IMG/VR virus record: IMGVR_UViG_3300033067_000856
Location: 1 to 33,452 of that record
From: a virus
Lineage: Duplodnaviria; Caudoviricetes
Direction: 5' to 3' (one strand)
DNA length: 33,452 nt
Shown: in pieces, positions 14,736-24,275 of the stretch
Layout: every line of letters starts with the position of its first letter
Numbering within the stretch: the stretch's first letter is position 1
The notes under the pieces: generated by a model
Database searches by the model: none
What the model was told of the DNA's origin: nothing
What the model saw: only the letters and a program-made list of their open reading frames with translations
Position numbers and translations under genes: made by a program

Positions 14736-14983
14736 AGAAGCTAGATCAAAGTGTTTTTGATGGCTTGCCGCCTGAATATCAGTGGGCAGCGGTTGATAGT
14801 GATATTAATGAAGGTGCTGTTTTTGCTTATGCGTGTAAGCCAGTCTTGGACTGTCATGGACGTGGGTACTGGCTCAAAGGTAACGATGATTATGTTGATG
14901 CAAAGCAGCTTTATCTTGGTGGCGACACAACAGACTGGAAAAACAGCCTGATCCGCCGTGACGCCGAAGGGGTGAACAAATGA
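14732..14983 (+). CDS. Hypothetical phage protein
   Basis: PEYQWAAVD...DWKNSLIRR pattern; ATGA overlaps on both sides. Confidence 0.7.
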   Translation: MKKLDQSVFDGLPPEYQWAAVDSDINEGAVFAYACKPVLDCHGRGYWLKGNDDYVDAKQLYLGGDTTDWKNSLIRRDAEGVNK

Positions 14984-15621
14984 GCGTAAAACTGCAATGG
15001 GCGACGCCCGAAATCGACAAGCAAGTCATGTTTATGGCGCGTGTATCGAATCCGACCAACCAAAACAGCGAAAATGCGCGACTGCTGCACTACTGCATGG
15101 AGCACGGCCACGTCAGTCCGTTTGAGATGGCCAACGTATGCCTTGAGATCAACACGACACGCGACATTGCGCGTCAGATTCTGCGGCATCGGTCATTTAG
15201 CTTTCAGGAGTTTAGCCAACGGTATGCGGACGTAAATTTGTTGGGCGAAATGGTGGAGCGTGAATGCCGGATGCAAGACGCGACAAACCGCCAAAACTCG
15301 CTGCAATGTGATGACCGCATTTTGCGTCAAGAGTGGATAGATGATCAAAACGTGATTTGGCGTTACGCAGTAGGAGCTTACAATGATGCTCTAAAAGCAG
15401 GTGTCGCCAAAGAAGTCGCCCGCGCTCTACTGCCCGAAGGTCTAACGCCAAGCCGCCTGTATATGAATGGCAACATGCGTTCGTGGATTTTCTATCTCAA
15501 GCAGCGACTTGACCCAACCACGCAAAAAGAGCATCGGATTATTGCTCAGGATGTTTTGGCTACGTTGCGCACTGTCGCACCAATCACCATGACTGCATTT
15601 TTTGGAGATGAAAATGATTAA
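14980..15621 (+). CDS. thyX: FAD-dependent thymidylate synthase
   Basis: RQILRHRSFSFQEFSQRYA signature, HVSPFEM, KEVARALLP, TQKEHR. Confidence 0.96.
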   Translation: MSVKLQWATPEIDKQVMFMARVSNPTNQNSENARLLHYCMEHGHVSPFEMANVCLEINTTRDIARQILRHRSFSFQEFSQRYADVNLLGEMVERECRMQDATNRQNSLQCDDRILRQEWIDDQNVIWRYAVGAYNDALKAGVAKEVARALLPEGLTPSRLYMNGNMRSWIFYLKQRLDPTTQKEHRIIAQDVLATLRTVAPITMTAFFGDEND

Positions 15622-16126
15622 GTTTAAGCTGTTGAACGAACGTGCAATCATGCCGAAGCGCATGACTACGCATTCTGCTGGTTTTGATATGTGCGCACCT
15701 GAGCGAGTTGTTATACCGCCAAATCACACATACTGGGTAGAGTCGGGCGTGGCTATGGCGATCCCTGAAGGCTATGTTGGTCTGATTTGGCCGCGTAGTG
15801 GGTTGGCGTACAAACACGGCATCGATACGTTGGGTGGGGTGATTGATGCGGATTATCGTGGCGAAGTTAAGATCGGGCTTGTCAATCACGGCCAATCACC
15901 TGTTGAAATTGCGGCAGGCGAGCGCGTGTGTCAATTGATCGTTCAACAATTTTTAATCGATGCTGTGTTGGTTGATGAATTGCCGCCGGTTGACACCAAT
16001 CGCGTAGGTGGCTTTGGCAGTACTGGGCGGACGGCAATCGAAAACCGTGAGTGTCAGGCCATGCGCGATGTGCCTGAGCGTAAGGCGGTGGCGATTGTGA
16101 AGGGGGTGCAGTATGAACCACGTTGA
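15614..16126 (+). CDS. dut: Trimeric dUTPase
   Basis: Five motifs: SAGFD, PRSGLA, GVIDADYRGEV, ERVCQL, RVGGFGSTG. Confidence 0.96.
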   Translation: MIKFKLLNERAIMPKRMTTHSAGFDMCAPERVVIPPNHTYWVESGVAMAIPEGYVGLIWPRSGLAYKHGIDTLGGVIDADYRGEVKIGLVNHGQSPVEIAAGERVCQLIVQQFLIDAVLVDELPPVDTNRVGGFGSTGRTAIENRECQAMRDVPERKAVAIVKGVQYEPR

Positions 16127-16598
16127 GATGATGCGCTTGGCTGAGTCAGTGGCTTTGCGGTCAGTGTGCAAACGGGCGCAGGTTGGGGTGGTGCTTGCTC
16201 ACCCAAAAGATGGAGATAGGTATTTTGGGTGGAACTATAGACCAACAAGCGATAACGGCTGGAAATCATTTGATGGATGTTGCGAAGATGATGATGGAAA
16301 AACGTTGCCGGATGTTTTGCATGCTGAATACGTTGCCATCAGCAAGGCCATGACATATCAGGATAACCTGAATGGATGGACAATGTATGTTACTCGCCAG
16401 CCGTGCATTGACTGCGCGAAATTGATAGTCAATTCTGGTGTTGAAGCTGTGTATTACCGCGATGCAGACGACAAAACGGATGGGCTTGAGTGGCTTGACC
16501 AAAATGGTGTGCATGTCGATAGCGGGTGGATTCTTGGGCAGGTGCAAAAAGGTTGGGCGGAGCGGAGCGGACAAGATGCAAACACTACAGGCAAATAG
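16113..16598 (+). CDS. dCMP deaminase
   Basis: RSVCKRAQVG, LHAE, PCIDC zinc-deaminase motifs. Confidence 0.92.
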   Translation: MNHVEMMRLAESVALRSVCKRAQVGVVLAHPKDGDRYFGWNYRPTSDNGWKSFDGCCEDDDGKTLPDVLHAEYVAISKAMTYQDNLNGWTMYVTRQPCIDCAKLIVNSGVEAVYYRDADDKTDGLEWLDQNGVHVDSGWILGQVQKGWAERSGQDANTTGK

Positions 16599-16785
16599 CG
16601 GCCAATTGGCCGAGCTACAAACGCATGGTTACGCCCGACTGCGCTGCAAGCAGTGGGACGCGCCTTGCCGTGATGATAACGTGATTGTTGGCACTGTGAT
16701 TTGTCATGTGCTGATGATTGTGGATGATCCGCATGGCGATGAAACGGTGGTGAGTGTTCGGGTGGGGGAAAAGCCACGCATATAG
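16576..16785 (+). CDS. Hypothetical protein
   Basis: 69-aa ORF with GGAG upstream, overlapping previous gene. Confidence 0.45.
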   Translation: MQTLQANSGQLAELQTHGYARLRCKQWDAPCRDDNVIVGTVICHVLMIVDDPHGDETVVSVRVGEKPRI

Positions 16786-16833
16786 TTACGCTATTGTCTG
16801 GTTGTGTAATGTATTTTTGATCGGGAGTGATTT

Positions 16834-17052
16834 ATGAGTAAGCGCACTGTTTGGATTGTTGGAAAAACAAATCCTGATAATTATTTAATTTGGGAGCTTC
16901 AAGGGGTTTTTGAGGTTCACGATGATGCTGTTGAAGCATGTATCGATCAATTTGACTTTTTTGCCGAAGTTGAAATGAACGTCGCATTTCCTCGCGAATC
17001 TATTGATTTCCCATCCATCTGCTATCCGCTGGCAAAAAATGCGCCACGTTGA
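16834..17052 (+). CDS. Hypothetical protein
   Basis: 72 aa, GGGAG RBS, AT-richer than flanks. Confidence 0.7.
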   Translation: MSKRTVWIVGKTNPDNYLIWELQGVFEVHDDAVEACIDQFDFFAEVEMNVAFPRESIDFPSICYPLAKNAPR

Positions 17053-17401
17053 AGACGACGAACAGGCGGCATTGATGACGTGGGCGAGGTGGCAGCCATT
17101 CAACGGCGGTCGCCTTGCCGACTATTTGCACCACTCGCCGAATGGTGGACGCAGGGATGCACGGGAGGGGGCAAGGCTTAAGGCTCAAGGGGTTATGGCA
17201 GGCTTTCCCGATCTGTTTTTGTTTGTGCCGCGTAACGGTGCGCACGGCCTGTTTATTGAGATGAAAGCAAAGGGTGGGCGGGTTCAGGATAATCAAAAAG
17301 AGGTGATGGGCAGGCTGTCCGCGATGGGATATCGGTGTGAGGTGTGTTTTGGGTGTGATGCGGCGGTTGAGGTGATAAAGGCGTATCTTGCCGAATCATA
17401 G
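17039..17401 (+). CDS. VRR-NUC domain nuclease (resolvase-like)
   Basis: HSPNGG, GVMAGFPDL, LFIEMK, Q..Q PD-(D/E)xK pattern. Confidence 0.9.
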   Translation: MRHVEDDEQAALMTWARWQPFNGGRLADYLHHSPNGGRRDAREGARLKAQGVMAGFPDLFLFVPRNGAHGLFIEMKAKGGRVQDNQKEVMGRLSAMGYRCEVCFGCDAAVEVIKAYLAES

Positions 17402-17473
17402 GCCATGCGCTAAACTGACCGAAGGCCGCCCATCGGCTTTCCATCCCCGATGCGCGAGTATTCGGGGTTTTTT

Positions 17474-17911
17474 ATGCGTGAGTTGACACCAAAGCAGGAA
17501 AAGTTTTGCCAGCTTTATATCGAGCTTGGCAATGCGTCGGAGGCGTATCGGCTGAGTTATGACGCTGAGGACATGAATTCGAATACGGTAAACAAAAACG
17601 CATCTGTCTTGCTTGATAACCCCAAGATCACAACCAGACTAGCCGAGATCAAAAAACAGCATCAGTCGCGCCACAATTTGACTGTAGATCACCTGTTGAT
17701 CGAGCTTGAAGAGGCGCGGCAGGCGGCATTAGGCGCAGAAAATCCCCAGTCATCGGCGGCAGTGGCGGCAACAATGGGCAAGGCCAAGTTGTTGGGTTTA
17801 GATAAGCAGGTGATTGACCATACATCATCTGACGGAACAATGACACCGCGCCCAACTCGAATTGAGCTTGTTGCACCGCAGGCTGACGCGCATGACGACG
17901 CTGCGGATTGA
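17474..17911 (+). CDS. terS: Terminase small subunit
   Basis: LTPKQEKFCQLYIELGNASEAYR; precedes large terminase. Confidence 0.9.
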   Translation: MRELTPKQEKFCQLYIELGNASEAYRLSYDAEDMNSNTVNKNASVLLDNPKITTRLAEIKKQHQSRHNLTVDHLLIELEEARQAALGAENPQSSAAVAATMGKAKLLGLDKQVIDHTSSDGTMTPRPTRIELVAPQADAHDDAAD

Positions 17912-19124
17912 GCTACCACCTAAGCTAATCCCCGTATTTGCCCATCCTCGCGGCAGCGTGCGTTATCGCGGCGCGTATGGCGGTCGTGGTAGTGGCAAGT
18001 CATTTACGTTTGCAAAGATGGCGGCAGTGTTTGGAGCAATTGAGCCGCTACGCATCCTATGCACCCGCGAGTTTATGAACTCTATCAAAGAGTCGTTTCA
18101 CGCTGAGATCAAAAACGCGATTGAGTCAAACGCTTGGCTTGCATCCGTCTATGACGTTGGTATTGATTACATACGCGGCAAAGCAGGCACAAGCGCGGAC
18201 GGCACAGAGTTTATATTTCGCGGCCTGCGCAACAACATATCTAGCATCAAGTCGTTGGCACAGATTGATATTTGCATTGTCGAAGAAGCTGAGGATGTGC
18301 CTGAGTACTCTTGGGTGAGCCTAGAGCCTACAATTCGCGCACCAAAGTCTGAGATTTGGATTGTCTGGAATCCAAGACGCATAGACTCGCCAGTCAATCA
18401 GCGATTTGTCGAAAACAAGCCGCCACGCTGTCACATTGTCAAAATTAACTACAACGACAATCCTTGGTTTCCTGCCGAGCTTGAGGAGCAAAGGCAGACG
18501 GCCATGCGCACGTTTAAACCGGAGATGTACGCCCATGTTTGGGAGGGCGCGTATCTTGAGCGGTCAGACGCACAGATATTTGCCGACAAGTACATCATCC
18601 AAGAGTTTGCGCCCATGCAGACGTGGGGCATGCCGTACTGCGGGCTAGACTTTGGTTTTAGCCAAGATCCTACGGCGGCGGTTAAATGCTGGGTGTACGA
18701 TAATCGCTTATATATTGAGCATGAAGCTGGAAAGGTTGGGTTGGAGCTTGATAAGACGGCTCAATACTTGCGCAAGGTAATAACTGATTTTGCTGACCAT
18801 GAGATCCAAGCGGATAGCGCACGACCTGAATCAATCAACTATCTGCAACGGCATGGCCTGCCAAAGATCGTCGGTGTTGAAAAAGGCAAGGGCAGCGTAG
18901 AGGATGGTATCTTGTTTATGCAGTCGTTTGACAAGATCGTGATACATCCCCGATGCGTCGAAACAATCGCTGAGTTTAGCAAATATAGCTACAAGGTTGA
19001 CAAACAGAGTGGACGTGTGACAAATGACATTGTCGATGCGTATAATCACTACATTGATGCAGTGCGTTATGCACTTAATCGCTTGATTAAACGCAAGCCT
19101 GAGCCGAGCGTGAGGTTTTTATAA
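17892..19124 (+). CDS. terL: Terminase large subunit, PBSX/XtmB family
   Basis: GGRGSGKS, IVEEA, WNP, GLDFGFSQDPT, ADSARPE, NHYIDAVRYA. Confidence 0.95.
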   Translation: MTTLRIELPPKLIPVFAHPRGSVRYRGAYGGRGSGKSFTFAKMAAVFGAIEPLRILCTREFMNSIKESFHAEIKNAIESNAWLASVYDVGIDYIRGKAGTSADGTEFIFRGLRNNISSIKSLAQIDICIVEEAEDVPEYSWVSLEPTIRAPKSEIWIVWNPRRIDSPVNQRFVENKPPRCHIVKINYNDNPWFPAELEEQRQTAMRTFKPEMYAHVWEGAYLERSDAQIFADKYIIQEFAPMQTWGMPYCGLDFGFSQDPTAAVKCWVYDNRLYIEHEAGKVGLELDKTAQYLRKVITDFADHEIQADSARPESINYLQRHGLPKIVGVEKGKGSVEDGILFMQSFDKIVIHPRCVETIAEFSKYSYKVDKQSGRVTNDIVDAYNHYIDAVRYALNRLIKRKPEPSVRFL

Positions 19125-20359
19125 TGGGATGGTGGTCACGATTAATGCGTGCTGACGGTGTTAAGCAGATGACACCATCTTATATCCGCACAATGCTGAT
19201 GCGCGGATCTGCGCATTGGTCAGCATTTGATTTTGTTGCGTTTGTCACTGAGGGTTACAGCCGCAATCCGACCGTATACGCCTGCATCGCTGCAAAGGCT
19301 CAAGCCGCGTCTGATCTGCCAATCATCCTGACCGATGCGCAAGGCCAGCCAATCGAAAAGCATCCGCTTTTGGATATGATCAAACAGCCGAACATCTATC
19401 AGTCTTGGTCGTCATTAATGACCGAACTAATCAGCAATTACTGCATTGCAGGCGATGCGCCGATACTCAAGATTGCCGCAGGGCGTAAAGTCGAGTTGAT
19501 TAGCTTGCGGCCTGATCAGTTGATTATTGAGACGTATGATCGAGCGTCTGGCCTGCCAAGCATCCTGCGCTATTCGTCAACCGATGCAAATCAAGCTGTG
19601 GTGTCGCGGCAATACGACGCAAAAGAGGTGTTGATCTGGCATGAGTACAATCCGCTTGACCGGTGGCGCGGTCTATCACCCTTGCACTCTTGCGCATACG
19701 CGATTGATACGCTCAACAGCTACGCATCAAGCAATAAAGCGACACTAGACAACGGCGTAACGCCGAGCGGTGTTTTATCAACACAGCAGCGACTTGAAGA
19801 TACGACATTTAATCGACTGATAGATCAGTTTGCAACTCGCTACGCTGGCGCGGCAAACAGTGGAAAACCAATAGTGCTTGATGGCGGTTTGGAGTGGACG
19901 CAGACCGGCTTGTCGCCACGCGAAATGGAATATATTCAGGGCAAGCGTGCCAACGAATTGGACATCTGCAAGGCCTTGCGCGTGCCGCCACAAATCATCG
20001 GTATTGAAGGCAGCCAAACGTTTGCCAACTACGAGCAAGCGCGAGCGGCACTATACGAAGATGAAGTAATCCCGATGGTCAACAGCCTGCTATCCGAGAT
20101 CGTACGCTTTGTCGCACCTGAGCTTGGCACAACAGGATATGTGCTTAAAGTTGACGTTGACGCCGTGCCAGCCCTTGAACCGCGCCGAGCCGAACGTAAT
20201 AAGACGGTTGACGCATTGCAGTCAATCACGATCAATGAAAAACGCGCTGCAATGGGATACGAGGGCGTGGGCGATGAAGGTGATTTGGTGCTGGTGTCTA
20301 GCGGCGTGATACCGCTTGACATGGCTGGTGTCGATCCTGTGACGAGTACGGGGAATTGA
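19124..20359 (+). CDS. Portal protein, HK97 family
   Basis: GYSRNPTVYACI, RGLSPL, NGVTPSGVL, VLDGGLEW, TFANYEQA, TINEKR. Confidence 0.95.
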   Translation: MGWWSRLMRADGVKQMTPSYIRTMLMRGSAHWSAFDFVAFVTEGYSRNPTVYACIAAKAQAASDLPIILTDAQGQPIEKHPLLDMIKQPNIYQSWSSLMTELISNYCIAGDAPILKIAAGRKVELISLRPDQLIIETYDRASGLPSILRYSSTDANQAVVSRQYDAKEVLIWHEYNPLDRWRGLSPLHSCAYAIDTLNSYASSNKATLDNGVTPSGVLSTQQRLEDTTFNRLIDQFATRYAGAANSGKPIVLDGGLEWTQTGLSPREMEYIQGKRANELDICKALRVPPQIIGIEGSQTFANYEQARAALYEDEVIPMVNSLLSEIVRFVAPELGTTGYVLKVDVDAVPALEPRRAERNKTVDALQSITINEKRAAMGYEGVGDEGDLVLVSSGVIPLDMAGVDPVTSTGN

Positions 20360-20361
20360 TT

Positions 20362-20538
20362 ATGAAGCCATCTGAACTTAATGTAAGGTTGAATTGCAGG
20401 ATCAGGTGGTATGGAGTTCTGCTCATGAAGATGCTGCATCTTGCTGCTCAGATTGGCTTTATATCAATGCAAAAGGCCACCGACCTAATGACAAAGCATT
20501 GTTTTGTATTGGAGATTGGTAATGCCAAAAATAATTAA
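20362..20538 (+). CDS. Small hypothetical protein
   Basis: 58-aa ORF filling the gap after portal. Confidence 0.45.
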   Translation: MKPSELNVRLNCRIRWYGVLLMKMLHLAAQIGFISMQKATDLMTKHCFVLEIGNAKNN

Positions 20539-20755
20539 AACTGGAGTTATTCCGGAAGAACGGGAAATACGAATGACCTGCAACAACTGCAAGACGGTTT
20601 TTGATGCGCAAAGGCAAGAGTTTGAGATGATTTTGCCGCGTCGTGCTGGCGCTGTTAAATATGAAATCGCATGCCCTTTATGCAATATCGCCTGCTATGC
20701 TGATTGCGACGACTTTGTACATAAGGCCAAAATTGTGAGAAGGCCAATTGAATAA
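20522..20755 (+). CDS. Small zinc-ribbon protein
   Basis: CNNC...CPLC; GGAG RBS. Confidence 0.7.
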   Translation: MPKIIKTGVIPEEREIRMTCNNCKTVFDAQRQEFEMILPRRAGAVKYEIACPLCNIACYADCDDFVHKAKIVRRPIE

Positions 20756-21497
20756 TCGGCAGCGCCTAGCCTACGCCCGACGCATCCTAGCGACACAAGA
20801 CCGCTTATCATTGCGGTTTTATCGCATCATTGCTGCTGAATTGCGACGCGCGGGCAAAGACTTTGCTGACGACTACCTAGCAACATATGCGCTGTCGCCA
20901 CAGGCTCAAGCTGCGCACACCAAAAAGATCACCGAGATCCTAGATAAACTGGCAGCGACTACAGGCCAAGCGTTTTTAGATATTGAGCTAACGCCAGATC
21001 ATCCGCTAACTATGCCGACTTATCTTGAGCAGCAGACCATTGCTAACTTGCAAACTATTGCACAGCAGTCGGCACTAGGCGTAGCGCAAACGACGATTGG
21101 CCGAGCGCAGGCGATAATTGCCGAAAGCCTGAGCAATGGCGATGCACCAGAGCAGGTGGCCAAAAACATACTGAGCAAGGTGGGCGGCGTTGAATCGCGT
21201 AGCCGAGCCATGACAATCGCTCGCACTGAGGTTGGCATTGCTGCTAATACCGCGGCGTACGACCGCACAAACGCTGCTGCTGACGACTCAGGGCTAGACA
21301 TTGAATATGAGTGGATCAGTACCAACGATGGTCGGGTGCGCGATACACATAAGCAAGCGAACGGCCAGCGCGTTAAACGCGGCGAAGATTTCAGGGTGGG
21401 TGGCGAGCGTGTTCGTCACCCGTCAGATGCAAGGGCGAGCGCGTCAAACATCGTCAATTGTCGATGCGTGATGGGCGTGATTGTAAACGAGGTGTGA
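20748..21497 (+). CDS. Minor head morphogenesis protein (Mu gpF / SPP1 gp7 family)
   Basis: RAMTIARTE, W...DGRVRDTH, NCRC. Confidence 0.92.
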   Translation: MNNRQRLAYARRILATQDRLSLRFYRIIAAELRRAGKDFADDYLATYALSPQAQAAHTKKITEILDKLAATTGQAFLDIELTPDHPLTMPTYLEQQTIANLQTIAQQSALGVAQTTIGRAQAIIAESLSNGDAPEQVAKNILSKVGGVESRSRAMTIARTEVGIAANTAAYDRTNAAADDSGLDIEYEWISTNDGRVRDTHKQANGQRVKRGEDFRVGGERVRHPSDARASASNIVNCRCVMGVIVNEV

Positions 21498-21499
21498 TG

Positions 21500-22138
21500 A
21501 TGGATAAGACGTACAGCTTGCCGATTGAGCTAAAAGCACTAGGCGAGGATGGCAAGTTTAGCGGCTACGCTGCAACTTATGATTTAGATCGTGGCGACGA
21601 TGTAATCACTCGGCAGGCGCTAGAAAACTGGCTCAATGGCGGGAGTGCAGACAAAAAAATGTCTGTGCTTTGGCAGCACGCATTAAGCGAGCCAATCGGA
21701 GTGACCACTAAGATGATGGTTGATGATCGCGGCTTGTACGTCGAGGGTCAGTTAACGCTTGGTGTTCGTCGAGCCGATGAAGCTCGATTGCTAAGTAAGG
21801 CGGGTGCACTCAAGGGGATGTCAATCGGTTATCGCGTAAAAGACCGAGAATACCGAGAAGATGGCGTGAGAATTATCAAGGCTATTGACATTTTAGAGTA
21901 TAGTTTTGTTACTATACCGATGAATCCACACGCTCAATTTTCAAGCGTAAAATCGCTTGATGAATTGAAAACGGTGCGCGACGCAGAAGATTATCTACGG
22001 GACGTGGGAAGTCTGAGCCAATCGCAGGCCAAACGCTTGATTAGCATCATCAAAGGCACTCGCGATGACGTGCAAACCGATGAAGCCAAGCAATTGACCG
22101 CTATTGCCAAACTTTTCGGAGTACCGACAGATGACTGA
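21500..22138 (+). CDS. Prohead protease, HK97 family
   Basis: FSGYAA, LWQH...PIG, GLYVEG, GMSIGY, EYSFVTIPMN. Confidence 0.95.
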   Translation: MDKTYSLPIELKALGEDGKFSGYAATYDLDRGDDVITRQALENWLNGGSADKKMSVLWQHALSEPIGVTTKMMVDDRGLYVEGQLTLGVRRADEARLLSKAGALKGMSIGYRVKDREYREDGVRIIKAIDILEYSFVTIPMNPHAQFSSVKSLDELKTVRDAEDYLRDVGSLSQSQAKRLISIIKGTRDDVQTDEAKQLTAIAKLFGVPTDD

Positions 22139-23324
22139 TTTAGTCACACAGATCAATGAAAAACTTGATCTTTATCGCAAAAAGGCAGATGACGCCGAAG
22201 CCGAAGTAAAGCGCTTTGGTCAAGAGTCTGCTGACACCAAATCCGCTATGGAAGCCATTAAAGGCGACCTAGTCTTGCTGCAAGGCCAGCTTGCCGACTT
22301 CAAACGCGCCCAAGTATTGCAGGGCGGCGCAGGCCAGCAAAGCCAAGAAGACGCAGAGGTCAAGAGTGTGTTTGACCGCATCTTGCGCAAGTCTGATCCG
22401 CGCTTTACTGATGCAGAACAAAAAGCCCTGTCAACCATCACTAATCCTGATGGCGGCTATCTTGTTCCACGCGATACCAGTGGCCGCATCATCACCAAGA
22501 TTCAAGATTTCAGCCCGATGCGTCGCTATGCGTCTATCCAGACCATTAGTACCGATGCACTCGAAGGCTTGCTTGACAACGGCGTGAACTCAAGCGGCTG
22601 GGTCGGCGAAACTCAAGCACGACCAGCGACCAACACCGCACAGTTGGGCAAATGGCGTATTGCTGTCCATGAAATGTACGCCAATCCAATGGCAACTCAA
22701 AAGCTGTTGGAAGATTCGGCAGTTGATGCTGAAGCATGGCTGATCCGCAAAACATCCGAACAGTTTGCTCGCATGGAAGCCGAAGCGTTTATCACCGGTG
22801 ATGGCTCAACCAAGCCACGCGGCATCCTCGCGCCAAGCCTGTCAACTAGCGCATCGCCTGCATGGGGTACTGTGCAAAAGATCAAGACTGGTACTAACGG
22901 CAGCTTTGGTGCGACTACCAATGGCGGCGACAAGTTGATTGACATGGTCACCGCATTGCGTCCAGCGTATGCAAGCGGTGCGATCTTCGCCATGAACCGC
23001 TTCACTCTTGGCGAGTTGATGAAACTCAAAGATGGTGATGGCAACTACCTGTGGAAGCCTGACTTTAGTCAAGGTGCAGGCGGTTTGTTGCTTGGCTATC
23101 GCGTTGATGCGTCGTTTGATCACATGCCAAACATCGACACCGGCAGCAAGTCGATCATCTTCGGCAACTTGGCCGAAGCGTATCAAATTGTTGACCGTCG
23201 CGGCATCGTGATTTTGCGTGATCCGTACACCAACAAGCCTTATGTGTCGTTCTACACGACCATGCGAGTAGGTGGCGACGTGATTAACACCGAAGCCTAC
23301 AAAGTCATGACTTTTGAAGCATAA
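22131..23324 (+). CDS. Major capsid protein, HK97 fold
   Basis: Coiled-coil delta domain, DGGYLVP, FITGDG..KPRG, RDPYTNKPYVSFY...RVGG. Confidence 0.96.
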   Translation: MTDLVTQINEKLDLYRKKADDAEAEVKRFGQESADTKSAMEAIKGDLVLLQGQLADFKRAQVLQGGAGQQSQEDAEVKSVFDRILRKSDPRFTDAEQKALSTITNPDGGYLVPRDTSGRIITKIQDFSPMRRYASIQTISTDALEGLLDNGVNSSGWVGETQARPATNTAQLGKWRIAVHEMYANPMATQKLLEDSAVDAEAWLIRKTSEQFARMEAEAFITGDGSTKPRGILAPSLSTSASPAWGTVQKIKTGTNGSFGATTNGGDKLIDMVTALRPAYASGAIFAMNRFTLGELMKLKDGDGNYLWKPDFSQGAGGLLLGYRVDASFDHMPNIDTGSKSIIFGNLAEAYQIVDRRGIVILRDPYTNKPYVSFYTTMRVGGDVINTEAYKVMTFEA

Positions 23325-23332
23325 GGGGGCGG

Positions 23333-23743
23333 ATGATGGATATTCGCGATTTGCACAACAGTATCACTGTTGAAAATGGCCGCACTACCGCAGCTATCAC
23401 AACCAATACCACTTCAGCCGGCGCGATCATTGATATGGCTGGCACTGGCGGTGTTGAGTTTATCATCACCGTGTCAGGCCGCACTGATGGCACTTACACT
23501 CCAACCATTACTGTCGGCAATGACGGTGGCTTGAGCGATGGCGTTGCAGCAGATGCAAGCATCCTGCGCGGTACATTAGCAGGCGCTGCGCTGTCTGCTA
23601 ATGGCGTGTCAAATGTTGGAGTGGCAGCCAATCAGGGCTATCGCTATGCGCGTCTGTCGATTGTATCGACCAGCGTGACCAGTGGTGCGACTGTCGGGGC
23701 TACCGCAGTCAAGCACGACCTGTCCTTGCAACCAGTGGGCTAA
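23333..23743 (+). CDS. Virion protein downstream of capsid (head decoration/accessory)
   Basis: T/G/A-rich 136 aa with GAIIDMAG and YRYARL motifs, typical of the post-MCP gene. Confidence 0.6.
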   Translation: MMDIRDLHNSITVENGRTTAAITTNTTSAGAIIDMAGTGGVEFIITVSGRTDGTYTPTITVGNDGGLSDGVAADASILRGTLAGAALSANGVSNVGVAANQGYRYARLSIVSTSVTSGATVGATAVKHDLSLQPVG

Positions 23744-23747
23744 GATT

Positions 23748-24275
23748 ATGGCTATCCAAATCTCCGAATCAGCCGTTGAACCCGTAGCACTTGCCGAGGT
23801 GCGCGACTACTTACGGCTTGAGACTGAGGACGAGGATGGCCTGCTATCCATGCTGATCACTGCATGCCGTCAAGACCTTGAGCGTTGGCTAAAGCGGGCG
23901 CTCATTTCACAAGTTTGGCGTGATTACGCGCCAAACCTATCAACGCCTATGTATGCGCCCATGCTACCGCTCACGTCTGCCACTGTTGCGACGTTAGCCG
24001 ATGACGTATACACAGATGTTGACACGTCACTGTATGCTGTTAATCCCGCGCTTGGCCGAGTGTCGCCATTAGTGCGCATCGAGCCTGAAACCGACCATCC
24101 CGACGGCGTACAGATTACCTACGCCACAACAGTAGCCACACAAGACAAGCGCATCCGCTTGGCATTGCTGGAGTTAATCGCGTACCGGTATCAAAATCGC
24201 GGCAACATCGAAGCATCTGCAATCCCTGCAAGCGTGCAAGCGATGGTGTCAAGCCTACGGGTGTATAGCGTATGA
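23748..24275 (+). CDS. Head-tail adaptor (gp6-like)
   Basis: EPVALAEVRDYLRL...ED.LL..LI.A...RALISQ...YQNRG. Confidence 0.9.
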   Translation: MAIQISESAVEPVALAEVRDYLRLETEDEDGLLSMLITACRQDLERWLKRALISQVWRDYAPNLSTPMYAPMLPLTSATVATLADDVYTDVDTSLYAVNPALGRVSPLVRIEPETDHPDGVQITYATTVATQDKRIRLALLELIAYRYQNRGNIEASAIPASVQAMVSSLRVYSV

